Of a DNA stretch of 64,000 nt, positions 41,206-50,513 are shown piece after piece; the stretch's first letter is position 1; each line of letters opens with the position of its first letter. Source of the stretch: Opitutales bacterium (GTDB lineage: Bacteria > Verrucomicrobiota > Verrucomicrobiia > Opitutales > UBA2987); assembly GCA_965226885.1 (NCBI GenBank), contig CBDDEL010000017.1:800001-864000 (forward strand). The letters run 5' to 3'. The notes beneath the pieces are model-generated. The model saw nothing but the letters and a program-made list of their open reading frames with translations, made no database searches and was not told the DNA's origin. The position numbers and the translations under genes are program-made.

Positions 41206-42490
41206 TGATCGGACCCCATCTTTGCTACCACTTTAAGTGAGAGTATTTCCGTAGGTTTGATATCGTAGGTTTTGTAGGGGGTGGCGGAATGAGGCCGTAG
41301 GCCGAATGGAGCCAGCCGCTGCTTTGTTGATTGTTCGCCAGAGTCTGGCAAATGTATCGGGGGATAGAAAGCCTAATCGGCTGTGGGGATGTCCCGCGTT
41401 ATATCGCTGTCGCCATTGTTCGATCACCACACGCGCTTCGGTCACGCTCAGGAACAGTTCCTGGTTGAGGCATTCATCGCGCAGACGATTGTGAAAGGAC
41501 TCTATATGTCCATTTTGCCAAGGGCTTCCTGGGTCAATGTATACGATGTCAATCTTCTGGCGCTGCAGTTTCCCTTTGACTTTTGGGGCTATAAACTCCG
41601 ATCCGTTGTCCGAGCGGATGCACTGGGGTTTGCCGTTGTCCTTTATGGCTTCGTTCAAGACCTCCACCACGTCGGCACTTTTCAGTGAGCGCGCAACCTT
41701 AATGGCCAGGCATTGACGGGTATGCTCGTCGATCAATGTCATGAGCCTGAGCGGACCACCCCGATCGGTGCGATCCGCCACGAAGTCCCAACTCCATACA
41801 TGGTTGGGCCGCACAGCCCGTGTCGGGGAAGCCGTAGATTGACCCTGCCTACGGCGGCGCTTGCGTGGCGGGCGCACACCTAATCCTTCGACACGACGCA
41901 TTTTCTGGACAAATTTGCGACTCACTTTCCAACCTTCATGGCTCAACAAAGCGCGGATTCGACGATAGCCATAGCGAGGATGTTTCTTCGAAAAGGCAAT
42001 GATGCGTGCCACCAGTTGATGCCTATACTCAGTAGCTTCCTTGGGTTCATACTGGTAGGTTGAGCGGTGCAACTCGAAATATTTACAGGCCCGACGCAGC
42101 GAGCACAGCCCTCGGGCCCATACATGCTTCACCGCTTCCTTCTTCTGCCTCGGGCCTACCATTTTTTTGCGTTCACCTCCTTGAGCACCCGATTTTCCAG
42201 CATCTGCTCGGCTACTATCTTTTTTAACTGCGTGTTCTCGCGCTCCAGCTCCTTCAGTCGCTTAGCATCACGCAACTCCATGCGACCATACTTTTTTCGC
42301 CAACGATGGTAGCTTTGAGGACTGATATTGTGGGACCGACAGACATCCTGGATGCCTTTACCTGCGTCCACTTCGCGCAGTATCGTTATGATTTGTTCAG
42401 GTGTGTATCTTTTTTGTTTCATATGTCTTTCCGGTAATTTTCACAGAAAGACTCTCACTGGCAATGGCCGTGTTTTTGGCGGTCACATCA
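41206..42490 (-). mobile_element. IS3-family (IS407-like) element
   Basis: TG...CA ends (TGATCGGACC / TGATGTGACC), orfA+orfB, unrelated flanks. Confidence 0.88.
41233..42422 (-). CDS. IS3-family transposase OrfAB (frameshift at A7)
   Basis: OrfA HTH at 42156-42422. OrfB WSWDF, RSDNGSEF, PWQNGHIESFH. Confidence 0.88.
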
Positions 42491-42756
42491 CCTCGGCACC
42501 TGTGCGCGGCAAGTGTTGCACGAACTGGAAAATCTACGCTCAATGGACGTGGTGGCGCCGCTGCGAGGGGGACGCGAAGCGCGTTTACGGCTGGTAGGCA
42601 AACCGGAAAAACTCTGTGCCGACCTCCTCAAGAAAATGGGCCTAAAACTGCCCACCCGCCCAAGAATCATCTAGAATGTAGTGCAGACTAACGGCAAAAA
42701 TTAATCCCGAATCCGCATAGATAAGCCCTTTAACTTTTTGAACTGTCGAAGATGGG
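42491..42756 (+). pseudogene. IS1634-family transposase C-terminus and right end
   Basis: LGTCARQVLHELENLRSMDVV...RLRLVGKPE...LKLPTRPK, ending AACTGTCGAAGATGGG. Confidence 0.7.
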
Positions 42757-42828
42757 TTAACGTACTATTATCGTCAAGCCGCTTAAAAACAATGGTTTAC
42801 AGATGTGGGCTGATTTTTTTGACCCTAC
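42756..42828 (-). repeat. Inverted copy of the 4462-4535 repeat
   Basis: Reverse-complement match read by eye. Confidence 0.8.
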
Positions 42829-43037
42829 ACACCTTTCGTGGTCCGGGCGAACGAATTCGTCAATGGGATCAAATCCTGGCCTGAGAAAATGGTGAAGCCG
42901 CGAACAATTATCCATTTGCCCAGACACAGAGTTGCATAAGAAATACTTATGCTGCGCATGTATATAATTAGAACAGCAATAAATAATAATTTAATGTTGA
43001 CATAGCGTGATGCGAAACCAACGTATATAATAATTAT

Positions 43038-44361
43038 CGCAGTTGTCCGGTTAACCTGAATTTAAAACTTTGTAAATCGTTAATTTTTATAAACTTGTGA
43101 GTTATTTTTAGTGTGACGCATTTGAACTTCCATCAATTTCACTATATTTTGGGGTATAAATTCTGTATCTTGTTGATCATGAATCAACAACGTATGGTTT
43201 TCTCCCAAATTTTTGACCTTTTGCATCGTGAACAGTTTCAACGATGCGTCAAACGCTATAGTGGGGACAAGCGTGTCCGTTCCTTTTCCTGCCGGGATCA
43301 ATTCTTGTGCATGGCCTTCGCTCAATTGACTCGACGTGAAAGTCTCAACGATATCGTTACCTGTTTGTGTGCCCATAGTGACAAACTCTTTTCTATGGGC
43401 ATTCGCAGTAATATCGCCAAGAGTACTTTGGCCGATGCCAATGAACAACGCAACTGGCGCATCTATGCGGACTTGGCATACGTGCTCATTAAAAAGGCTC
43501 GCAGGCTCTATGCCGATGAAGCGTTGGACTTTGAACTCGAAGAGACCGTTTATGCTTTAGACGCCACGACCATTGACTTGTGTTTGAGCCTCTTTCCATG
43601 GGCCCATTTTCGTACAACCAAAGCGGCGGTAAAGCTGCACACGCAGATCGATTTGCGCGGTTCGATTCCGACCTTTATCGAGATCACTCCGGGAAAAGTT
43701 CACGACGTAAACATGCTTGATGCCCTTGTTCTTGAGCCTGGAGCCTATTATGTGCTTGATCACGGCTATGTCGATTTTGCCCGCTTGTTTCTCTTTAGCG
43801 AAGCGATGGCCTACTTTGTCATCCGCGCCAAAAGCCATTTGAATTATATACGTTTGCGTTCCCTCAAAGTAGTCCACGGCAGTGGTGTTTGCAGTGACCA
43901 AGTAATTCACTTTAGAGGATTCTATGCCTCCAAAGATTATCCCCAGAAGCTCAGGCGTATACGCTTTTACGATGCAGATAACGGTAGGCATTTCATCTAT
44001 TTGACCAATAATTTTACCCTTCCAGCCTTGATTATCTGCCAGATGTATAAAGGGCGTTGGAAAATCGAATTGTTTTTCAAGTGGATTAAGCAGCACTTAC
44101 GGATCAAAAAATTCTTTGGCACTTCGCCCAACGCAGTAAAGACGCAAGTATGGATTGCCATCAGTGCTTACGTGTTGATGGCGATCCTAAAAAAACAGTG
44201 GCAATTGGAATTGAGTCTTCACCGAATATCACAGGTATTGAGCTTGAGCGTTTTTGAAAAAGTCCCTCTCTATGAACTACTTACAAAACCGGATCACAGC
44301 AGTGCGAGCAGCGATCACTCTAACCAGTTGACCTTCAACTACTTTTAACCGGACACTACTG
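43038..44361 (+). mobile_element. IS4-family element
   Basis: IRs CGCAGTTGTCCGGTTAA / TTAACCGGACACTACTG. 9-bp TSD AATAATTAT at 43029-43037 and 44362-44370. Confidence 0.92.
43179..44348 (+). CDS. IS4-family transposase (DUF4372 + DDE)
   Basis: DATTIDL, KLHTQID, DHGY, YKGRWKIELFFKWIKQHL. Confidence 0.9.
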   Translation: MNQQRMVFSQIFDLLHREQFQRCVKRYSGDKRVRSFSCRDQFLCMAFAQLTRRESLNDIVTCLCAHSDKLFSMGIRSNIAKSTLADANEQRNWRIYADLAYVLIKKARRLYADEALDFELEETVYALDATTIDLCLSLFPWAHFRTTKAAVKLHTQIDLRGSIPTFIEITPGKVHDVNMLDALVLEPGAYYVLDHGYVDFARLFLFSEAMAYFVIRAKSHLNYIRLRSLKVVHGSGVCSDQVIHFRGFYASKDYPQKLRRIRFYDADNGRHFIYLTNNFTLPALIICQMYKGRWKIELFFKWIKQHLRIKKFFGTSPNAVKTQVWIAISAYVLMAILKKQWQLELSLHRISQVLSLSVFEKVPLYELLTKPDHSSASSDHSNQLTFNYF

Positions 44362-44391
44362 AATAATTATAATTATTTATTACCTAATGTG

Positions 44392-44403
44392 ATATCTAGA
44401 TAT
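44392..44403. promoter_or_regulatory. Palindromic putative operator ATATCTAGATAT
   Basis: Perfect 12-bp palindrome 11 bp upstream of the TonB receptor ATG. Confidence 0.45.
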
Positions 44404-44414
44404 GTATATTAAAT

Positions 44415-47400
44415 ATGTATATTAAATTTTTATTTGTATTTATCGCAGGAATATTGGGGATGTGGAGTGTTTCCGGTGCCGCAGAGATACGCGGACGGGT
44501 GATGGATCCTGACGGGAAGAGCTACCTGCAGGGAGCGGAAGTAAGATTGGGGGAGATTGGGAGAACCGTACAAACTCAGAGAGGGGGTAGTTTTGTTTTT
44601 AGAGGTATAGATCCGGGGAAATACCTACTGGTAGTGAAATACATAGGATATTCGAACCACACCCAATGGGTGGAGATCAGCGCTGAAGAAGAGAAATTGT
44701 CGGTTTTCGTGACTATGCCGAAGGAGCAGATACTTGAATTGGAAGGGTTTGAGGTAACAGGAACAAGGACTGGCCAAGCGAAAGCCTTCAATCAGAGGAA
44801 GTCCGCTTCCAATTTAACAGAGATTATTGCTTCGGATGCATTCGGCCAATTCGTCGACCGCAACCCGGCAGAAGCTCTTCAACGAGTCGTTGGTATTTCG
44901 GTGCAGGAGGACCAGGGAGAGGGCAAATTTATCATTATGCGTGGAGCCGATCCGTCCCTCAATACAATCGCTGTGGACGGTGTGGTCTCGGCGACACCTG
45001 AAGAAGATGGACGATCCACCGGATTGAATATCATATCAATCGATCAGTTGGAAAAAATCGTAGTTCAGAAAACCTGGCTGCCCGATAATTGGGCGCATTT
45101 TATAGGCGGTTCGGTCAATCTGGTCACCCGGAGCGCCCTAGACCGGGAGGGATCATACATCGGGTTTGAATACGCGGGGGGGCAATATGAGGCTTCTGAA
45201 GAGAGCAGCCGCCGGTTGAGCGCCACCTATAGCAATTCGTGGGGGGAGAAGAAGAGAATCGGTCTTTCGCTTTCGTTTGACTGGAGCGAAGATAATCGAG
45301 GTTCGGACACTCTCAATGTGGATGGCTGGAATCCTGATGCCAACCCGGAATTGAAATCGCCGAAACAGGGATTTGTGCTCGAGGGGATGCAACTTGAAGA
45401 CTTCCTTATCAAACGAGAGCGGATAGGAATCAGTTCCAAATTTGAATTTGAACTCAATGAAAACCACCGCTGGTTTGCCTCGGTTTCGTATAATCAGTTT
45501 GATGATGACGAGGTATTACAGGAAACCCACCTCAACCCGACCAACTCAGGGGAAGCCTACACCGGAGCGGCCACTCTGACGGAGGAGCGCGCGCTGGCCC
45601 TGGGCTATGACTTGAACGATCCTGAAATCAAGGCCCGGGTAGAGGGGGGCAGTCTTGAAGAGCGCCGACTGTCCCTTGATGAAGCCATTCAACTGGGGAC
45701 GATTGCCTACGATGAAGAATCCCAGACTTACACTTCAATTGACCAGGAGAGCGATGCCCAGAAGACCCTGCAAACGACGGTGACCGAAGACAGTATCCTG
45801 ACCTACCAGGCTGGAGGCGAGCATCAGCTTTCGGACGCTCTATCGATCGATTATATGGTTTATCGATCGGAGGCTGATAAGAACTGGAATGAGCGCCAGC
45901 TTCAACTTGAAGCAGAAGATTTTGATTTAAGAATGATGGTTGTGGACGGGCGGCCGGTCATAAGAGATAAAGGTGATAAACTGAGCAAAACTGAAATATA
46001 CCGCATTTCGGATAATGAGGGCTTCAATTCGAATCTGGGCTCAATTGAGAACAACTTCTTCATGAGCGACGATAAACGGTCGGGGGCGAAAATCAATGTC
46101 GAACTGGAAAGTAACTGGTTCGGGCTGCAATGGAAAACGAAAGCGGGTTGGGCGGTCGATATTCGCGACAAGGCATTCATTAGAGACTTCAATCAATTCA
46201 GCCGGGTGGATACAGGTGGCCAGGGCGTTCTCACGCTTGCCGATGAGCCTTTTTTCGGGGGGGAGCTTTCCGGATTTCTTCCTGATTATGGCGATGCTGA
46301 GGATTACCCGTTCGGCCCCCAGTTCGATGCGGCGGCAACACAGGCCTTTATTGGCGACTCCGGTGATATTAAGTTTGTTCAAACCGACGATGACCTGACC
46401 CTGGCTATAACCGATGCGATCCTGAAAAATTTTGAAGCCGAAGAAAATATTACGGCCGCCTATCTGATGCAGACGCTGAACTGGAAAGACTGGGAATTCA
46501 TCGTCGGCTTTCGCTGGGAACAAACGAAAAACACATTCACCACGAATAGAGTCAATACGCAGCGGGATGAACTCCCCGAGGATGTTCAAGCGGTTTTGCC
46601 GGCTTCATTCCAGTTTATCCAACCGAGATTCTGGAGTAGTTTATTCAATAATTTTGGAGAGGAATCCGTAATCCGAAGCATTAAGAGCGAGCGCACCTAT
46701 GATAATGCGCTGTATGCCTTTCACGTTAACCGTCGAATTGGAGACAACTGGGTAGCCCGGGCAGCTATTACGAAGACGATTGCGCGCCCCAAATACACGG
46801 ATCTGGTTCCGCGGGAAATCGTCGATATTTCGGGCGCCCGGTTCACAGACAACGCGGAGCTTCCCGCCTTTGAATTGAAACCGATGACATCGGTTAATTT
46901 TGATGCTTCGGTCAGTTACTATTTCAAGAGTTTCGGCCTGGTCAGCGTGGCCGTTTTTCATAAGAAACTCGACGGCCCCGTCTACGATGAGATCCGGACT
47001 CTGGGTCCGGCTGATCCTCTTGCCCAGGAGTTGACCGCACGCTATTTCTCAAACCCGTTGGAGTCGCCTGAATGGAATACCGAGCGCAAGACCAATGCAG
47101 GTTCCGGCACGCTTACGGGGATGGAGATCAGCTTCGAAAAACGTTTCACCAAACTACCCTCCCCCTTCGATGGGCTGGGGCTGCAAGCAAACGCCACCTT
47201 TATTGATTCCGAGGTTGAACTGTTGGCGGAGCAAAGAGAGGGAGAAAAAGTCCCTCTCTTCCTCCAGTCCGATAAAATAGCCAACGTCTCCCTGTCCTAT
47301 GAGAAGTATAAGTTTTTTGTCAGATTAAGCTGGGTCTTCCGCGGAAAATACCTGGATGATTCGATTGTGGCCGGTGATTTAATAGTGGATCTTGAAAACA

Positions 47401-47621
47401 AACTGAAACTTCCGGCCAACAGCCTGGATACCTGGGTTAACGATTTCTCGCGTTTGGACCTCCTGGTGGAATACCGCCCCTTCGACTGGATGGTACTGTT
47501 TCTTGAGGGTGCCAATATTTTGAACGAGCCTTTGGAAAAATTCCATGGCGTTCCTTCGCGGCTTGCTTCCATCCAATTCACCGAGCCCTTGTACTTTATC
47601 GGAGTAAAATTTTCTCTCTAG
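44415..47621 (+). CDS. TonB-dependent receptor
   Basis: Signal peptide, carboxypeptidase-regulatory-like N-domain, plug NPAEALQRVVGISV...GGSVNLVTR, beta-barrel-type C-terminus ending in GVKFSL. Confidence 0.92.
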   Translation: MYIKFLFVFIAGILGMWSVSGAAEIRGRVMDPDGKSYLQGAEVRLGEIGRTVQTQRGGSFVFRGIDPGKYLLVVKYIGYSNHTQWVEISAEEEKLSVFVTMPKEQILELEGFEVTGTRTGQAKAFNQRKSASNLTEIIASDAFGQFVDRNPAEALQRVVGISVQEDQGEGKFIIMRGADPSLNTIAVDGVVSATPEEDGRSTGLNIISIDQLEKIVVQKTWLPDNWAHFIGGSVNLVTRSALDREGSYIGFEYAGGQYEASEESSRRLSATYSNSWGEKKRIGLSLSFDWSEDNRGSDTLNVDGWNPDANPELKSPKQGFVLEGMQLEDFLIKRERIGISSKFEFELNENHRWFASVSYNQFDDDEVLQETHLNPTNSGEAYTGAATLTEERALALGYDLNDPEIKARVEGGSLEERRLSLDEAIQLGTIAYDEESQTYTSIDQESDAQKTLQTTVTEDSILTYQAGGEHQLSDALSIDYMVYRSEADKNWNERQLQLEAEDFDLRMMVVDGRPVIRDKGDKLSKTEIYRISDNEGFNSNLGSIENNFFMSDDKRSGAKINVELESNWFGLQWKTKAGWAVDIRDKAFIRDFNQFSRVDTGGQGVLTLADEPFFGGELSGFLPDYGDAEDYPFGPQFDAAATQAFIGDSGDIKFVQTDDDLTLAITDAILKNFEAEENITAAYLMQTLNWKDWEFIVGFRWEQTKNTFTTNRVNTQRDELPEDVQAVLPASFQFIQPRFWSSLFNNFGEESVIRSIKSERTYDNALYAFHVNRRIGDNWVARAAITKTIARPKYTDLVPREIVDISGARFTDNAELPAFELKPMTSVNFDASVSYYFKSFGLVSVAVFHKKLDGPVYDEIRTLGPADPLAQELTARYFSNPLESPEWNTERKTNAGSGTLTGMEISFEKRFTKLPSPFDGLGLQANATFIDSEVELLAEQREGEKVPLFLQSDKIANVSLSYEKYKFFVRLSWVFRGKYLDDSIVAGDLIVDLENKLKLPANSLDTWVNDFSRLDLLVEYRPFDWMVLFLEGANILNEPLEKFHGVPSRLASIQFTEPLYFIGVKFSL

Positions 47622-47650
47622 CCTAAACTTAATCTAAACCCAAAATCATC

Positions 47651-50416
47651 ATGAAGCAAAAAAAGTTAAAAATTAATCATCTGCTTGGTCTCGCCGCCAT
47701 GCTGATCAGTCTTGGATTCAATCCGAATCTAATTGCACAAGTAGTAGTCTTCTCGGAAAGCTTTGAAACCGACGGAAGCGCGGCCACCGGCGATGGCCGC
47801 TACACGGTTGAAAACCCAAGTGACGATGGAGAAAACGACTATTTTAATCGCCGCGAGGAAACTTCCATCGGGAACCTTGTCCGCGGAGGCGCCATCGACG
47901 GAGATTGGTTCTGGGGCGCCAGGGATATGGATGGCGACGGCACCGCCGTTGGTGACCTGCAAGCGGACGAAGGACGGGTCACCTGGGAGCCATTCAGTAT
48001 TTCCGGTGTTGCAAATTTTGTGCTCACAGCGGCCTTCGGTCAGATGGCCAATGAAGTCGAGTTTGATAACGTAATAGCGCTGCAGTATAGAGTAGATGGA
48101 GGAGAATGGCTGACGATGGGAGGTTTTCGCGGGACTTACACGAACTCCCCGGGACGGTTTTTTGTCGGGGATTTGCGCACCTTGCCTCCGAACACAAACC
48201 CTCGCGTGACGCGGACATTCGTCGAGTACTCGTGGGATATCTTTGCCATCGGCGATACGATGCAGTTCCGCATCTTCGTCAATGCCAACGGAAGTACTGA
48301 AAATTATGCTATCGATAATATCGTTATCACCGGCCAATCCGGTTTGGCCTCCCTCGGTCTTTCGACCAGTTCGCCTACCTTGCTGGAGACTTCCGGAGCC
48401 GGCGGATTTACGATCGATTTCAACTTGGACCAGGCGGCCCCCGCCGGGGGATTAACCGTGAGCTTATCCGATTCGGATGCCGATGACAGCGAGTTGGATA
48501 TCCCTTCCGAAATCGTTATACCTGAAGGGCAGACCAGTTTCAGCCTTCCTGTCGATGTTATAAATGATGGACGATTCGATGGCGACGAACTGGTTTTCAT
48601 CTTTGTTGCTGCCCCCGGCTTTGCCCGCGAAGCGCCGCAGGTAACCATACTCAATTTTGGGAACAAGCCCAACCTTGTTATGACCGAGGTTTATCCCACG
48701 CCGAATCGGGATTTTCCGGAAACCGATTCCAACCAGGACGGCGTTGCGCATAACACCAATGACGAGTTTGTTGAAATTGTTAACCTGGAGGATTTCGCGG
48801 TCGATGTCTCGGGATGGCCCGTGACGGACAATCTGGGCCCCCGTCACATTATGCCCGAGGGCACGGTCCTGAACCCAGGACAGGCGGTTGTCGTCTTTGG
48901 CGGCGGTGACCCCACGGGTGTTTTCGGAGGCGCCATTGTGTTGACTGCCTCCACCGGCAATATCGGCCCGAGTACTGAGGGAGATACGATGACTCTGGTG
49001 GCCGGCGGAGTTGGCGGCGCTCCCGTTACCAGCTTTACTTACGAGGGTGAAGTCGGGACGAGTGAACGCTCCGGGGTCCTCGCCAACGAGGTAGACGGCG
49101 CCGTCGTGGATATCCAAACCATTACCGGTGAAGGAGGCGCGATCTTCACCCCGGGGGTTCGCAACGATGGATCGACCTGGGAAGACTTCACGAATAAAGT
49201 AATCCTCAATGTCCTCGAAGTTACCGTCACTGAAGATGGCGACGCCATCACCGCGACGTTGACCTTGGAAAGTGCTGGTAGCGAGCTGATCAACATCTTT
49301 GTCAGTGGGAAAAATGCTGATGAAGTGACTATCGAACCATCATCCCTTACGGTAACAGAAGCGGGAGCGACGATCACCATTACGCCAGTCAATGATGGTG
49401 TTCTCGACGGCGATCGCCTAGTGCGTCTGTTTGCCGGCGCCTCAGGGATATTCCCGGATGTGGCGCGTCTGACCGTTACCGATGTGAGCGAGGACACTTT
49501 CGACCTAGTGATCAATGAGGCTCTCTCCTCTGTGGTCGGAACCGGCGCGGACCCCAATAACAATGGTATCATTGAAGAACCGGTCGCGGATTTATTCATC
49601 GAAATCGTCAATGCGTCCGATAGCCAGGTCAACTTGGGCGACTGGCAATTGGACGCCTATTATGATGTAAATCTTAGAGGCGCTGAACTCGTGCACGTCT
49701 TCCCCAATCCCACTGTGCTTGCGCCCAATGGATCGATTGTTATTTTTGGCGACGGAGATGTCGCCGCGATGAACGCAGCCCCCCCTGAGATTTTTGGGAA
49801 CGCGCTCATTCAACTCGCCAACCGTGGAGGAAATGGTGTCAACCTTCCCACCGGTGACGGAGGAATCATTGCCTTGAAAACGCCGTTTGGCTTCGAAGAG
49901 GACACTGTATCCTACAATATTGATATTGCCGATCAAAGCATGAGTATAACGCGCGATCCGGATATTACGGGTGATTTCGGCGCTTTGCATTTTGATGTTT
50001 CTACTGCATTCGAGTTCTTTTCTCCTGGACGCAGGCTCGATGGCACAGCCTTCCCGGGCAATGGAGCCATCGCACTGGACGTGTTCGGCGGCGTCGATAT
50101 TACCGGGTTCCCGGGATGGAAGGCCTCCTCCTGGTATCTGAACTACAATGTGGATTTCCTGCCCTGGATTTTCCACGACGAGCACAGCTGGCAGTTTCTC
50201 GATTCAGGCAGTACTGTGGATGTGATATTCTTATTTGATCTGGGCTTAAACAACTGGATATTTGTAAATGAGGCCGCTTATCGGTGGATATACCTTTTCG
50301 GGCCCGAAATAGGCTGGATCTTTACCTTCAGCGACAACACGCCCGGCAGTCGTTTTTTCCAAAGGCTCGACGATGGCAGTCTGTTCAGCGTCCCTGCTGG
50401 ACTGCCAACAAATTAA
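47651..50416 (+). CDS. Large exported protein with two lamin-tail-like domains, Calx-beta/Ig-like spacers and a Trp-rich C-terminal domain
   Basis: VMTEV..D.N.DG..DEFVEIVN..VDVSGW and VINE..FIEIVN..LGDW repeats, NDGxxDGD motifs. Confidence 0.8.
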   Translation: MKQKKLKINHLLGLAAMLISLGFNPNLIAQVVVFSESFETDGSAATGDGRYTVENPSDDGENDYFNRREETSIGNLVRGGAIDGDWFWGARDMDGDGTAVGDLQADEGRVTWEPFSISGVANFVLTAAFGQMANEVEFDNVIALQYRVDGGEWLTMGGFRGTYTNSPGRFFVGDLRTLPPNTNPRVTRTFVEYSWDIFAIGDTMQFRIFVNANGSTENYAIDNIVITGQSGLASLGLSTSSPTLLETSGAGGFTIDFNLDQAAPAGGLTVSLSDSDADDSELDIPSEIVIPEGQTSFSLPVDVINDGRFDGDELVFIFVAAPGFAREAPQVTILNFGNKPNLVMTEVYPTPNRDFPETDSNQDGVAHNTNDEFVEIVNLEDFAVDVSGWPVTDNLGPRHIMPEGTVLNPGQAVVVFGGGDPTGVFGGAIVLTASTGNIGPSTEGDTMTLVAGGVGGAPVTSFTYEGEVGTSERSGVLANEVDGAVVDIQTITGEGGAIFTPGVRNDGSTWEDFTNKVILNVLEVTVTEDGDAITATLTLESAGSELINIFVSGKNADEVTIEPSSLTVTEAGATITITPVNDGVLDGDRLVRLFAGASGIFPDVARLTVTDVSEDTFDLVINEALSSVVGTGADPNNNGIIEEPVADLFIEIVNASDSQVNLGDWQLDAYYDVNLRGAELVHVFPNPTVLAPNGSIVIFGDGDVAAMNAAPPEIFGNALIQLANRGGNGVNLPTGDGGIIALKTPFGFEEDTVSYNIDIADQSMSITRDPDITGDFGALHFDVSTAFEFFSPGRRLDGTAFPGNGAIALDVFGGVDITGFPGWKASSWYLNYNVDFLPWIFHDEHSWQFLDSGSTVDVIFLFDLGLNNWIFVNEAAYRWIYLFGPEIGWIFTFSDNTPGSRFFQRLDDGSLFSVPAGLPTN

Positions 50417-50452
50417 ATTAAGTCTTGGGTTAGCATATAGGTATGCACTGAA

Positions 50453-50490
50453 AAGGTGGGCACGCTACATGGCGTGCCCGCCTTCTCTTC
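50453..50490 (+). terminator. Stem-loop (terminator or mRNA stabiliser)
   Basis: AAGGTGGGCACGC-TACATG-GCGTGCCCGCCTT followed by a pyrimidine run. Confidence 0.6.
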
Positions 50491-50513
50491 TGCATTAAAT
50501 ACAACTGTGTAGA

